From positions 30,876 to 94,875 of the forward strand of contig CAYPVK010000005.1 in the NCBI GenBank assembly GCA_964414185.1: DNA of 64,000 nt, written 5' to 3'. The stretch's first letter is position 1. Each line of letters starts with the position of its first letter. The position numbers and the translations under genes are program-made. Under the pieces are notes generated by a model. That model searched no databases and was not told where the DNA came from. It saw only the letters and a program-made list of their open reading frames with translations. Positions 33,967 to 43,956 of the stretch are shown here, in pieces. The DNA is from an uncultured Lactobacillales bacterium (GTDB lineage: Bacteria; Pseudomonadota; Alphaproteobacteria; CAAHEQ01; UBA3637).

Positions 33967-35076
33967 ATGAAAAGGGGAAATAAAATGTTTTTTGTCGTCG
34001 CTTCGCTTATTAATTTGTTTATGGCCGTCTATATTATTATCAGTTTATTGGGACCGTTGCATGTCAATAATGTGATAAAGTTGGCAATGGCGGCCGTTAT
34101 TTTGTTGTTGTCGCAAAAAATATGGCTGACCGCGGCTTTGTCTTATTTCAACCATTCATTTAATCCGTCCGATTATTGGTTTACGACGGCTACGGGCTTT
34201 ATCCAAATTTTGCTGTTTTGTTTTTTTGTCATTGCATTGGCGGCGGATATCGTCAGTATCCCGCTGGTCTTTATGCATGTGTCATTGGCATGGAAAGTTC
34301 CCGTCGTAACGGTTGTTGCCGCTGTTATCGCATTGTACGGATTTTACGAAGCCGTTAAGGTTCCCGCCGTTAAAGCCGTTACCGTCGAATCGGAATTGTT
34401 GCCCGAAAATTTTAAACCGGCTACGATTGCCGTTTTATCCGATTTGCATATCGTTACGAATTCGGCATATGAAAAAAAATGGTTGGAAAAAACGGTAGAA
34501 AAAACGAATGCTTTGAATGCCGATATGATTTTTGTCACGGGCGATATAATTGACGCATCGGTTGATTATTTAAAAGACCAAGTTAAACCGTTGTTTGATT
34601 TAAAGGCAAAAGGCGGCGTATATTATGTATTCGGCAATCATGAAACGTATCGGGGCGCCAAAGCATGGCAGGATTATTTTGACAAGCATGGCGTTCAGGT
34701 CATCAACGATAAATGGGTGGGTGCCGATTTGGGCGATAATCCCGTTTTAGTGGCGGGCATTTACGAAAACCCGCATTTGTTGGATAATATGAAATCGGGG
34801 CGCCCCGTTATTTTGTTGGCACATTATCCCGATATCGTTTTGAAAATTCCGGAAGATTTGGTTGTTCTGCAAATATCGGGCCATACGCACGGCGGACAAA
34901 TTAAACCGTTGGCCCCGTTGGTTGCACGCATGAACGGCGGATTTGTAAACGGTTTATATGATGTCGGGCAAACAAAATTGTATGTGCACCCGGGAACCGG
35001 TTTGTGGCGCGGCTTTCCGTTTCGATTCTTAACGCCGTCGGAAATAACGTTGATTACCCTTAAGCCTAAAGGGTAA
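33967..35076 (+). CDS. Membrane-anchored metallophosphoesterase (calcineurin-like)
   Basis: Three to four N-terminal TM helices, then the phosphoesterase motifs SDLH, GDIID, GNHE and GHTHGGQ. Confidence 0.75.
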   Translation: MKRGNKMFFVVASLINLFMAVYIIISLLGPLHVNNVIKLAMAAVILLLSQKIWLTAALSYFNHSFNPSDYWFTTATGFIQILLFCFFVIALAADIVSIPLVFMHVSLAWKVPVVTVVAAVIALYGFYEAVKVPAVKAVTVESELLPENFKPATIAVLSDLHIVTNSAYEKKWLEKTVEKTNALNADMIFVTGDIIDASVDYLKDQVKPLFDLKAKGGVYYVFGNHETYRGAKAWQDYFDKHGVQVINDKWVGADLGDNPVLVAGIYENPHLLDNMKSGRPVILLAHYPDIVLKIPEDLVVLQISGHTHGGQIKPLAPLVARMNGGFVNGLYDVGQTKLYVHPGTGLWRGFPFRFLTPSEITLITLKPKG

Positions 35077-35163
35077 AGTTGCAGCTTGCGGAACGTATCC
35101 GTGAAAATTGAAAAAAAAGAATGACTTTTTTGTTTTTTTTTGCTATTGTGACTTTCATATGAA

Positions 35164-36279
35164 ATGAAGGCCAAAATGAATTTAATATTGTTCCGCTATA
35201 TTTTAAAACATTTTATTGTGATTTTTTTTGCGACGCTGTTTGTGTTGACGGCGATTATTTTGTTGTTCGATACCATTGAACTGTTGCGCGGTGCATCTAA
35301 ACGGGACGGTGTCGCGTTTTTGGATATCGGCGTGTTGGCATTATTGAAATCGCCGCAAATGATTCATATTATTTTGCCGTTTGTTACGTTGATTGCCGCC
35401 ATTATTTTCTTTTTGAAATTTTCGCGTTCATCCGAATTAATTGTCATGCGCGCCGTCGGGATGTCCGTTTGGAATTTTATTTTGCCGATTGTTTTGGCTA
35501 CCCTTGTTATCGGTGTGTTTGATATGACCATTTTTAACCCTTTTGCCGCTCTTACCGCCAAAAAATATGAACGGTTGGAAGAAGCGGTCGGCATGACCAA
35601 TTCAAATCCTTTTAATTGGTCCGAAGACGGATTATGGTTGCGTGAAAGCCGTCCGTACGGTTCGGTTGTCGTACGGGCTTCGCGTGTGCGCCAAGGTGAA
35701 AATAACACTGTTTTGCTGGACAAAGTAACCGTTTTTGAACTCAGCGACAAAAATGAATTTTTGCGCCAATCCGATGCCGATACGGCCGTGCTCGGCGACG
35801 GCGTTTTGACGCTTAAAGACCCGTTGGTTGTTAACCCTATCAAAGAAGAAGGCGAAGTTCAAAAAGAATTGTCTTTCATTACCGATTTAAACCTTGAACG
35901 TATTTTGGAAAAATTTGATGAGCCGCAAACAATGTCTTTTTGGCGTTTCCCGAAATTTATCAAGTTCTTGAAAGATTCGGGTTTTTCAACCGTCAATCAC
36001 CGCATGTATTATCATGAATTAATCGCTTATCCCGCTACCATGGTTGCCATGATATTCATCGCGGCCGTTTTTGCGTTGCCGACTACCAATCGCCAAGGCA
36101 AAATCCTTTTGCGCCTTATTTTCGCCATTTCGTGCGGTTTTCTTCTTTATTTCCTTACCCGTATCACCAATGTTTTGGGCTTATCGCAAAGCCTTCCGAT
36201 GGTTCTTGCCGCCTGGGGGCCCGCATTGATTGTCATACCCTTAAGCATTTCGGCATTACTGCACACCGAAGACGGGTAA
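35164..36279 (+). CDS. LPS export ABC permease, LptF/LptG family
   Basis: 371 aa. The N-terminus ILFRYILKHFIVIFFATLFVLTAI is the YjgP/YjgQ signature. It has six TM helices and a periplasmic beta-jellyroll insert. Confidence 0.65.
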   Translation: MKAKMNLILFRYILKHFIVIFFATLFVLTAIILLFDTIELLRGASKRDGVAFLDIGVLALLKSPQMIHIILPFVTLIAAIIFFLKFSRSSELIVMRAVGMSVWNFILPIVLATLVIGVFDMTIFNPFAALTAKKYERLEEAVGMTNSNPFNWSEDGLWLRESRPYGSVVVRASRVRQGENNTVLLDKVTVFELSDKNEFLRQSDADTAVLGDGVLTLKDPLVVNPIKEEGEVQKELSFITDLNLERILEKFDEPQTMSFWRFPKFIKFLKDSGFSTVNHRMYYHELIAYPATMVAMIFIAAVFALPTTNRQGKILLRLIFAISCGFLLYFLTRITNVLGLSQSLPMVLAAWGPALIVIPLSISALLHTEDG

Positions 36280-36372
36280 TTGCCGTGATAAAGCGATTTT
36301 TGCCGTATCGCTTTTTGTCGCGCAATAACTGTACAGGTAAAAATGTTCGGCGAATTTGTCCGAACGGAAAAA

Positions 36373-37029
36373 TTAATCTTCAATTTCCCCTTTAAGGGCT
36401 TTAACGGCGGTTTCATAAGAAAAACCGGCACGTCCCAAAGCGGCCAAATCTTTTTTATAATAATCCGCACGCAGAGATTCGTCGCGCAAATAGCCCATTT
36501 TTTTCCGTTGTACCAAACGCAACGCGCGATTCATTTCGTCGCACGGCGCCGTCTCAATCAACATTTGTATCGTATCCGCATCCAATCCCGCCGCCGCCAA
36601 TTTCATGCCGATGAATCGGGTGGATTTGCCTTGGGCGGATAATTGGCGCACTTGGTTTTCGCCGTACCTTGAATCATCAATGTATTGCAATTCTTTCATA
36701 CGCGCAATGATTTGTTCAATCCATTCGTCGGCTTCGGGTGCAATAATGCCGCCTTTCATTTTCGTACGTAACAATTTGCGTTTCAACATGTTGCGCACTT
36801 TGCCCGCCGACGCATCGAATCTTGACAGGTAGTACAGCGTCACATTATATAATCTGCGGTAAGTAATGGGTTTAACGGCATTATTTTTTGAAAGAGAACT
36901 TGTTTTATCCGATTGATTCCGTTTGAATTTTTCTTGTGAATCGGGCGCGGGTACCTTTGCGGCGTCATCACCGGCGGTCAACGGATTGTCAAAATTGAAA
37001 TCAGACGATAAAATTTTATGTTTTGGCAT
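36373..37029 (-). CDS. recX: Regulatory protein RecX-like
   Basis: Three-helix repeat organisation with YRRLYNVTLYYLSRFDASAGKVRNML. The alternative upstream start is at 37050. Confidence 0.5.
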   Translation of the reverse strand: MPKHKILSSDFNFDNPLTAGDDAAKVPAPDSQEKFKRNQSDKTSSLSKNNAVKPITYRRLYNVTLYYLSRFDASAGKVRNMLKRKLLRTKMKGGIIAPEADEWIEQIIARMKELQYIDDSRYGENQVRQLSAQGKSTRFIGMKLAAAGLDADTIQMLIETAPCDEMNRALRLVQRKKMGYLRDESLRADYYKKDLAALGRAGFSYETAVKALKGEIED

Positions 37030-37081
37030 TGACAAAATCTCTCCTTTCAAACATAATACAAAATACGAAAAGGAAAATCAA

Positions 37082-37921
37082 ATGGATATTATCAAACCTT
37101 TTATTTTGGAAGACGGATTGTTCCGAGGCTTTTTTATTGCCGCCGACGAAACGGTGGCGGCCATGACGGCGCATCACAAATATCCCAAGGTGGTTAAAGA
37201 TTATTTGGGCCAAATGGCCGTATTGGCATTGGCTTTGTCCGCCGGCATTAAATATGACGGCACTTTTTCATTGCAAATTAAAGGCGGCGGACCGATAACC
37301 ACGGCTTTTGTCGATGTGACGAAAGACCATAAAATCCGCGGTTATGCGGTATATGATGAAAAGGCATTGCCCGCGGATTCAAAAGATATCAAGACGGCTT
37401 TCGGCAACGGGCAGATGATTTTTTCGGCGGCTTTTGTTGCAAGCGAACTGTATCAAGGCATTGTGCAATTAACGGGCCAAACGCTTGGCGATACGGTCAA
37501 GGAATATTTTAATTTATCCGAACAAATTAAGACGGATTTGGTGTTGCGCCGGCAAAAAGGTGAAACGCGGTTGATTTTGTTGCAACAAATGCCGATTAAA
37601 ACGGATGTTTCAAAGGAAAAGCAAGACGATTTGTTTGAAACATTAAGCGTTTTGATGCAATCGGTCAAAGATATTGAATTGTTTTCGGGCAAATTGACGC
37701 CGGATGAAATTTTATTCCGATTGTTTCACGCCAATGAATTAAAGGTGTTTCCCGATAATATCCCGTCCCATGAATGCCGTTGTTATCGCGGCAAAATGTT
37801 GGACTTTTTGAAAAAGCTTTCGCCGGCCGAAAGAGCTGATTTGTTTCAAGACGGCAAAATTACCGCCGGATGCCAATTTTGTAATGAACAATATATTTTT
37901 ACCGAGGATGATTTTAAATGA
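37082..37921 (+). CDS. hslO: Redox-regulated chaperone Hsp33
   Basis: The track ORF starts at 36923. The likely start is MDIIKPFILEDGLFRGFFI at 37082. The C-terminal zinc centre is CRCYRG...CQFCNEQY (CxC...CxxC). Confidence 0.85.
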   Translation: MDIIKPFILEDGLFRGFFIAADETVAAMTAHHKYPKVVKDYLGQMAVLALALSAGIKYDGTFSLQIKGGGPITTAFVDVTKDHKIRGYAVYDEKALPADSKDIKTAFGNGQMIFSAAFVASELYQGIVQLTGQTLGDTVKEYFNLSEQIKTDLVLRRQKGETRLILLQQMPIKTDVSKEKQDDLFETLSVLMQSVKDIELFSGKLTPDEILFRLFHANELKVFPDNIPSHECRCYRGKMLDFLKKLSPAERADLFQDGKITAGCQFCNEQYIFTEDDFK

Positions 37922-38472
37922 AAAAAATTTTAATTGCTGTTGTTGCCTGTTTAATATTGAACGCTTGTACCGCTACCCCCGAACAATCGTTTAAGGTGAA
38001 AGATTTTACCGATGAACCCCAAATTGATTTGGCGGCGGGAGATATCAATATCCAATCCGTGGTTGTTCGAAACGACCGTGCACCGCATATGGAATATAAA
38101 ATGCCGATGCGCCCGGAAGAAGCATTATATACTTGGGCGAATAACCGTTATACGGCTTTGTCGATGTCGTCGCCCACTACGGCAAAAATCGTTATTCGCG
38201 ATGCGTCCATGACGGAAGAAATGCAACCGGCCGATAATTGGTATACCTATGACAATGTCAAATATCGTTTGGCGTACGATGTTGCGGTGCAATTTGAAAA
38301 GAACGGCGTTGTTGTACATGCTCAGGAAGTTGCCGGTTGGGAAGAAGCGTCTATTCCGCAAAAAAGCACGATTAATGAAAAAGAAAAAGCTTGGGAAAAT
38401 ATGTTGAACAACATGGTAACAAAAGTCGATGCAAAGGTAAATGCCGATATCCCGTCCGATTTTATTTTGTAG
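37918..38472 (+). CDS. Hypothetical lipoprotein
   Basis: Lipobox ILNAC. 184 aa. Translationally coupled to hslO (ATGA overlap). Confidence 0.5.
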   Translation: MKKILIAVVACLILNACTATPEQSFKVKDFTDEPQIDLAAGDINIQSVVVRNDRAPHMEYKMPMRPEEALYTWANNRYTALSMSSPTTAKIVIRDASMTEEMQPADNWYTYDNVKYRLAYDVAVQFEKNGVVVHAQEVAGWEEASIPQKSTINEKEKAWENMLNNMVTKVDAKVNADIPSDFIL

Positions 38473-38494
38473 CTTTTTATTCAAGTTCCGAATG

Positions 38495-38526
38495 AAAAAA
38501 AAGCGCCGTTTATCGGCGTCTTTTTT
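38495..38526 (+). terminator. Intrinsic terminator after the lipoprotein gene
   Basis: GCGCCG-TTTAT-CGGCGTC hairpin followed by T6. Confidence 0.6.
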
Positions 38527-38667
38527 ATCGGATATACAAAAGGGTTAATATTTAATCGGTTGTCATGGCATTGCCGTAAGTGGGGAATTTATCAGGCAAA
38601 TAGGTTGATAAAAAGGGCGTTGCCAAGGCAACTCCCCGCGAAAGGATTTAAATCATAGAGGCTATGT

Positions 38668-38966
38668 TTAACAATCCGCCTTTTCGCCCGTTTCGATACA
38701 AAAACCGTTTTTCGGCGGTATGTGGATTTGAGCGTCCAAACGCAATTTAAACCCGTATAAACACATCAGGCAAATTATTTTCCAAAAATGTTTCATATCA
38801 ATTTTGCCCATTTCCATTTTTTCCAACAAAGGTAAATCCCATTCGAAACCACGGGCGACTTGGCTGAGCCTTAATCCCTTTTGTAAACGGCATTCGTATA
38901 ATAAGCGCCCTAAATTTTTTTGAATTCTTGTACGTGCAAGCGTGTACGTGTACTTTGTTTCATCAT
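38668..38966 (-). pseudogene. XRE-family HTH regulator gene disrupted by a frameshift in an A7/T7 homopolymer tract
   Basis: ATGATG at 38966 opens MMKQSTRTRLHVQEFKKI and then stops. The +2 frame continues NLGRLLYECRLQKGLRLSQVARGF...LPLLEKMEMGKIDMKHFWKIICL, a canonical XRE HTH. The two frames join if the T7 run at 38915-38921 were T8. Confidence 0.35.
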
Positions 38967-39372
38967 TTTAAACTCCTTTTTTGTCAAATTGCCTAAAATT
39001 TAATTAAAAAAATTTGGCAATGTTGTTAATTTCCGAAAAAGGTTCGGATAATTATCCAATACTTTTCGGATACAAAATTCCCACCTAAATTGTTTTAGGT
39101 GGGCGGAGCTGAAAACTGTAACAAGAACAGTGTGTCTTATTCACAAAAATCGTATTATTCGACACCATCCGCCCATTTGAAGTGAGCGAATCTTGTTAAA
39201 GAGTTTTCAGACTCTGCCGATACCTTATCGGCGCGTGGATGATAACATAACAAATGCAGCAAGTCAAGGTTATTTTTTAGTCAAAATGGTTAAATTATAA
39301 GCGATTGATTTTAAATATTCATGCTTACAATTTTGTTGTATGAACATAAGATTTTATGTTATAACTTAAGCC

Positions 39373-41442
39373 ATGAGCATGAGCGAAAAAGTAAAAGAAT
39401 CACTTTACCCGGAATTGCCGCACTTATGGTTATGGTGCGGTGTGTTTTTTGCGCTGGGCATCGGGATTTATTTTGCATTGCCTTGTGAACCCGATATTTG
39501 GTTGTCCGTTTTGTGCGCCTTTATGTCGGGCGTGCTTTTGTTTTTGGGACGCAAGGAATATTTTTCGCGGTTGATTTTAAGTTATCTGTTCTTTTGTGCT
39601 TTGGGTTTTTGTGTCGTCACCGTTAAAGCTTATTTGGTCGCGGCGCCGGTGCTCGGCGACCCTTTGTTCGACACCGAAATTTCGGGAACGGTGGTTAAAG
39701 TCGAACCGCGAAATGACGGTCAACGAATTACGCTTGGGGATTTGCAAATCGGGATGTTAAACCCTTATGAAACGCCGCATTTGGTGCGCGTAAATTTCAA
39801 AGAGCAATATCCTATGCTGAAAGTCGGCGACGAAATTTCGGGTTATGCGCATTTGTATGCGCCGATGTTGCCGGTTCAAATCGGCGCCTATAATTTTGCG
39901 CGGGAAGCTTGGTTTAAGCGGTTGGGCGCGACAGGCAAATTGACAGAGTTGGAAGAATATCATCCGAAGCGGGCTCGCGGGATTGACCAAAAATTAGAAC
40001 GGTTGCGCCAAACGATTATGCTGCGCGTTATGGAAGTTTTGCCGCCCGAATCCGCCGCGGTGGCCATTCCGTTGATTGTCGGCGAACAAGGTACCGTTAC
40101 CGAAGAAATATACGATTTATACCGCCAATCGGGTATTGTTCATGTTTTATCGGTTTCAGGATTCCATTTAACTTTATTGGCCGGGTTGGTGTTTTTCCTG
40201 ATACGCGGATTATTATCGTTATTCCCGATTTTGGACGGACGTGTGAACACCAAAAAAATCGCCGCCTTTTTATCCTTATTGGTTGTCGGGTTTTATTTAT
40301 TGATTTCGGGAATGCAAGTTCCGGCGGTCAGATCTTTTTTTATGATCGCTTTTGTTTTGTTGGCAGTCATGTTTGACCGCCAATCCATATCGTTGCGTAC
40401 GACGATGATGGCCGGGATTTTAATATTGTTTTTGTGGCCCGAAACGTTGATAGGGGTTAGTTTCCAACTTTCTTTTATGGCGGTATTTGCATTGGTTACC
40501 TTGTACGATGTTTTAATGCACCGGTTGACGTTTTCGCATTTGCGCGGTTATTGGATTTATAAAATGTGGCTGTTGGTCTTGGGAACGGTTATGGTCAGCT
40601 TGCTTGCATCAATCGCCACGGCACCGTATTCGATTTATCATTTTAACCAATACGCGTTGTACAGCGTTTTGGGCAATTTAATGACTTCCGTTTTGTTTTC
40701 GTTTGTCATTATGCCGTTGTTATTGGCGGCTGTTTTGTTAATGCCGTTGGGGTGGGATGCGCCGTTTTTAAAAATATCGGGTTGGTTTTTTGACATCATT
40801 GAAAAAGTGTGCCGTTGGATTACAACGTTGCCTTATGCCGATTTGACGGTGCCCGGTTTTGACAATTGGGGTTTATGGGTCATGACATTCGGATTCTTAA
40901 TCTTATTTTTGTGTGTGACGAAAATCCGGTGGATCGGCCTTGTCATTGTGTGTTTGGGTATTTTTTCTTTTTATACGGTGGACAAACCCGACGTATTGGT
41001 ATCTGAAGGCGGCCGTGCCATAGCGGTGCGCAAAGAAGACGGAACGTTAATGGTTTCAAATTTGACGCAAAGCAAGCTTGTAACCGACACGTGGTTGCGA
41101 CGTAACGGGCAAAATCCGAAAAAATACAATGCACGCGAATTGTTTTATAATACCGCTTGGTATACCAAGGGCAAAAAAATCGCATTCAGCTCTCTTAATT
41201 GTGCCAATGCGGATTTGACGATAATGGCAAAATACGGTTTCGGAGATTGTATCGGCGATGTGGTCGAAAAATCGGATTTGTGGAAGAATAAAACATACGA
41301 AGTTTATATTGTTGATGATGCCGTCGTGGTTAAGAACGTATGTGAAGAATTGGGTAAAAGATTTTGGAACAAAACTTTTTTGTTGAAACCCCTGAAAAAA
41401 CAAATTATAATGAAGGCGATGATTTATAATCCTTGCGTTTGA
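39373..41442 (+). CDS. ComEC/Rec2-family membrane protein (DNA-uptake channel-like)
   Basis: 689 aa with an N-terminal TM pair, a DUF4131-like OB region and a polytopic Competence domain (HVLSVSGFHLTLLAG). It has no full C-terminal metallo-beta-lactamase domain. Confidence 0.6.
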   Translation: MSMSEKVKESLYPELPHLWLWCGVFFALGIGIYFALPCEPDIWLSVLCAFMSGVLLFLGRKEYFSRLILSYLFFCALGFCVVTVKAYLVAAPVLGDPLFDTEISGTVVKVEPRNDGQRITLGDLQIGMLNPYETPHLVRVNFKEQYPMLKVGDEISGYAHLYAPMLPVQIGAYNFAREAWFKRLGATGKLTELEEYHPKRARGIDQKLERLRQTIMLRVMEVLPPESAAVAIPLIVGEQGTVTEEIYDLYRQSGIVHVLSVSGFHLTLLAGLVFFLIRGLLSLFPILDGRVNTKKIAAFLSLLVVGFYLLISGMQVPAVRSFFMIAFVLLAVMFDRQSISLRTTMMAGILILFLWPETLIGVSFQLSFMAVFALVTLYDVLMHRLTFSHLRGYWIYKMWLLVLGTVMVSLLASIATAPYSIYHFNQYALYSVLGNLMTSVLFSFVIMPLLLAAVLLMPLGWDAPFLKISGWFFDIIEKVCRWITTLPYADLTVPGFDNWGLWVMTFGFLILFLCVTKIRWIGLVIVCLGIFSFYTVDKPDVLVSEGGRAIAVRKEDGTLMVSNLTQSKLVTDTWLRRNGQNPKKYNARELFYNTAWYTKGKKIAFSSLNCANADLTIMAKYGFGDCIGDVVEKSDLWKNKTYEVYIVDDAVVVKNVCEELGKRFWNKTFLLKPLKKQIIMKAMIYNPCV

Positions 41443-41479
41443 AAGCGATGTTTCTTATGTAAGGAAGGGGGATAAATAT

Positions 41480-42157
41480 ATGGAACTGAAGTATATTGCC
41501 TATTTGATTTTGTTTTATACCGGGCTGGCAATTGTCTTGTGCGTATATTTGTTTTTGTTTTTTATGGATTTGTACCGTCGCGGCACATGGTTTTCTTTAA
41601 AAAAGAAACCCCATACGCCAAAGGCATCTCCGGCGTCTCCCCCCGTAGATTTAAATCAGCCGAATATATTTGGGCAAACACCGTTGATAGGGCTTGTCCG
41701 ACATGCCAAATCGGTGGATATGGTTGAGCGGGTTTTGGAAAAGTCCGATGTCAATGTAACCGATGAAAACGGTTATACGGCTTTGATGGCGGCGGCCGAA
41801 TTCAATACGAATGCCGCTATTATGGCGGCTTTGGTCAGTTCGGGTGCCGATGTATTTGCCACCGAATACAGAAAAAGGCGGACGGCGTTGCATATTGCCG
41901 CTTGCAACAATACGAATCCGGATGTTATTCGTGTTTTGTCGGCGGCCGGTGCAGATGTCAATGCGGCGGATGTGAAAGGAAAAACACCGTTGATGCGCGC
42001 GGCGCAACATAATCCCAATCCGGCTGTGATTGACGTTTTGTTGAAAGCGGGCGCAGATAAGACCATGCGCAGTTTGTCCGGGAAGACCGCTTTTGATTAT
42101 GCCCATGAAAATGGGGAAATATATAAAACACAAAGTTATTATGATTTAGAGGTATAG
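41480..42157 (+). CDS. Membrane-anchored ankyrin-repeat protein
   Basis: An N-terminal TM helix (YIAYLILFYTGLAIVLCVYLFLFF) is followed by about four ANK repeats (GYTALMAAAEFN, RRTALHIAACNN, GKTPLMRAAQHN, GKTAFDYA). Confidence 0.75.
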   Translation: MELKYIAYLILFYTGLAIVLCVYLFLFFMDLYRRGTWFSLKKKPHTPKASPASPPVDLNQPNIFGQTPLIGLVRHAKSVDMVERVLEKSDVNVTDENGYTALMAAAEFNTNAAIMAALVSSGADVFATEYRKRRTALHIAACNNTNPDVIRVLSAAGADVNAADVKGKTPLMRAAQHNPNPAVIDVLLKAGADKTMRSLSGKTAFDYAHENGEIYKTQSYYDLEV

Positions 42158-42160
42158 TTA

Positions 42161-42469
42161 ATGAAGTTTAAAATTTTATGTGCCGCGTGTGCATTATTAA
42201 TGTTGTCGGCATGTGCAACAAAACCGGTACCGTCGGACGGCGCGGAAAATGATGCTCCTCAAACGGTTGATGAATTTGTCGGCAAAAACCGCGGGCAAAT
42301 CCGCAGCATAATGGGGGGGCCGGCGGCAATGCGTGCGGAAGAAGAATATACGCTGTGGTCTTATGCGCAAGGGGATTCCCATGCGGTATTGGTTTACTTT
42401 GACAAAGCCGGCCTTTGTTGCCATGCAGAAATTAGAACGGCCACTTTACAAACAAAAAAATCAAAATAA
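42161..42469 (+). CDS. Small lipoprotein, possibly BamE (SmpA/OmlA)-like
   Basis: Lipobox MLSAC. 102 aa. The segment GKNRGQIRSIMGGPAAMRAEEEYTLWSY...LVYFDKAG resembles the BamE fold signature. Confidence 0.4.
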   Translation: MKFKILCAACALLMLSACATKPVPSDGAENDAPQTVDEFVGKNRGQIRSIMGGPAAMRAEEEYTLWSYAQGDSHAVLVYFDKAGLCCHAEIRTATLQTKKSK

Positions 42470-42497
42470 AATTTTCAAATAAACAGAAAGAATATCT

Positions 42498-43856
42498 ATG
42501 AAAAATAAAGTCTCTCCGAAAATTATGTCCGGGTTTATGGAATTATTGCCCGCCGAACAAATTGTTTTTGATCAAATGAAACACATCATTGAACAAACTT
42601 ATCAAACGTATGGGTTTGTTTCGCTTGATACCCCCGTGATGGAACTCAGCGAAGTGTTATTGGCCAAAGCGGGCGGCGAAACGGAAAAACAAATTTACCG
42701 TTTTCAAAAAGGCGATACGGATATTTCTTTGCGTTTTGATTTGACGGTGCCGTTGGCACGCTATGTTGCGGCTCACCAAAACGATTTGGCATTCCCGTTC
42801 CGTCGTTGCCAGATTTCGAAATCTTATCGCGGAGAACGTCCCCAACGCGGCCGTTTGCGCGAATTTTATCAAGCCGACATCGATATTATCGGCAGCGAAA
42901 AATTGTCTGTTTTGGCCGATGCCGAATTGCCGAGCATTATTTATCAAACCTTTAAAAATTTAGGGCTTGAACACTTTATTATCCGATTGAACAACCGCAA
43001 AGTTTTAAAAGGTTTTTATGAATCAATCGGTTTGGCGGATAAACAAGTTGACATTTTGCGCTTGATTGACAAAATCGATAAAATCGGTATTCAAAATGTG
43101 ATGGAAGGGTTAACGGATTTGGGCTTGGATAAAACGAAATGTGATGCCATCCGATCCTTGATTGATATTAAGGGTACTTCGGTTGAAGTTATTGATGCGC
43201 TAAGGGGGCTTGGCATTCAAAACGATATGTTTACCCAAGGGGTGGATGAACTTGAAAAAGTTGCCGAAGCGATGATCAATTTGGGTACGCCCGAAAGCCA
43301 CTTTAAAATTGATTTGACGATTGCGCGCGGGCTTGATTATTACACGGGTACCGTTTATGAAACGAATGTCATCGGTCATGAAGAATGGGGATCGATTTGT
43401 TCGGGGGGCCGCTATGAAAATTTGGCGGAAAATTATACCGACCGCAAATATCCCGGTGTCGGGATGAGTATCGGCCTGAGCCGCTTGTTCGACTTTTTAC
43501 GCGGGGCGGGAATGCTTAAAATCGGTACTACCACGCCGGCCGACGTTTTGATTGTCCCTATGACAAACGATACGCGCTATGCATTAAAAGTGGCCACAAT
43601 GTTGCGGGGCGCGGGCGTTAAAACCGAAGTTTATTTTGCCGATACCAAGTTTAAAAATAAAATGGCATATGCCAATAAGATTAAAGTGCCGTATGTGTTG
43701 ATTTTGGGCGAAGATGAAGAAAAAAATATGTCCGTATCTCTTAAAAATATGACAACGGGTGAACAAAGAAATATTGCCGCGGATGATTTGATTCCCACTA
43801 TGAAAGAAACACTTTCGGCTTGTCCTTCCGAAAAACCGGTGCACCAAGGGGAATGA
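42498..43856 (+). CDS. hisS: Histidyl-tRNA synthetase
   Basis: 452 aa. Shows class II motifs (RFDLTVPLARY; FYQADIDIIG), the HisRS GGRYE box (SGGRYENL) and a C-terminal anticodon-binding domain. Confidence 0.85.
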   Translation: MKNKVSPKIMSGFMELLPAEQIVFDQMKHIIEQTYQTYGFVSLDTPVMELSEVLLAKAGGETEKQIYRFQKGDTDISLRFDLTVPLARYVAAHQNDLAFPFRRCQISKSYRGERPQRGRLREFYQADIDIIGSEKLSVLADAELPSIIYQTFKNLGLEHFIIRLNNRKVLKGFYESIGLADKQVDILRLIDKIDKIGIQNVMEGLTDLGLDKTKCDAIRSLIDIKGTSVEVIDALRGLGIQNDMFTQGVDELEKVAEAMINLGTPESHFKIDLTIARGLDYYTGTVYETNVIGHEEWGSICSGGRYENLAENYTDRKYPGVGMSIGLSRLFDFLRGAGMLKIGTTTPADVLIVPMTNDTRYALKVATMLRGAGVKTEVYFADTKFKNKMAYANKIKVPYVLILGEDEEKNMSVSLKNMTTGEQRNIAADDLIPTMKETLSACPSEKPVHQGE

Positions 43857-43879
43857 GAATTTAACATTGATTCCAAAAC

Positions 43880-43912
43880 AAAAAAAGGGAGGCTCTTTTC
43901 CTCCCTTTTTTT
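43880..43912. terminator. Bidirectional intrinsic terminator between hisS and a convergent gene
   Basis: A7-GGGAGGCTCTTTTCCTCCC-T7. Confidence 0.75.
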
Positions 43913-43956
43913 AGTGTTGAATCGAATCCGAATAACGGCTTCCCGTTTTCATTGAA

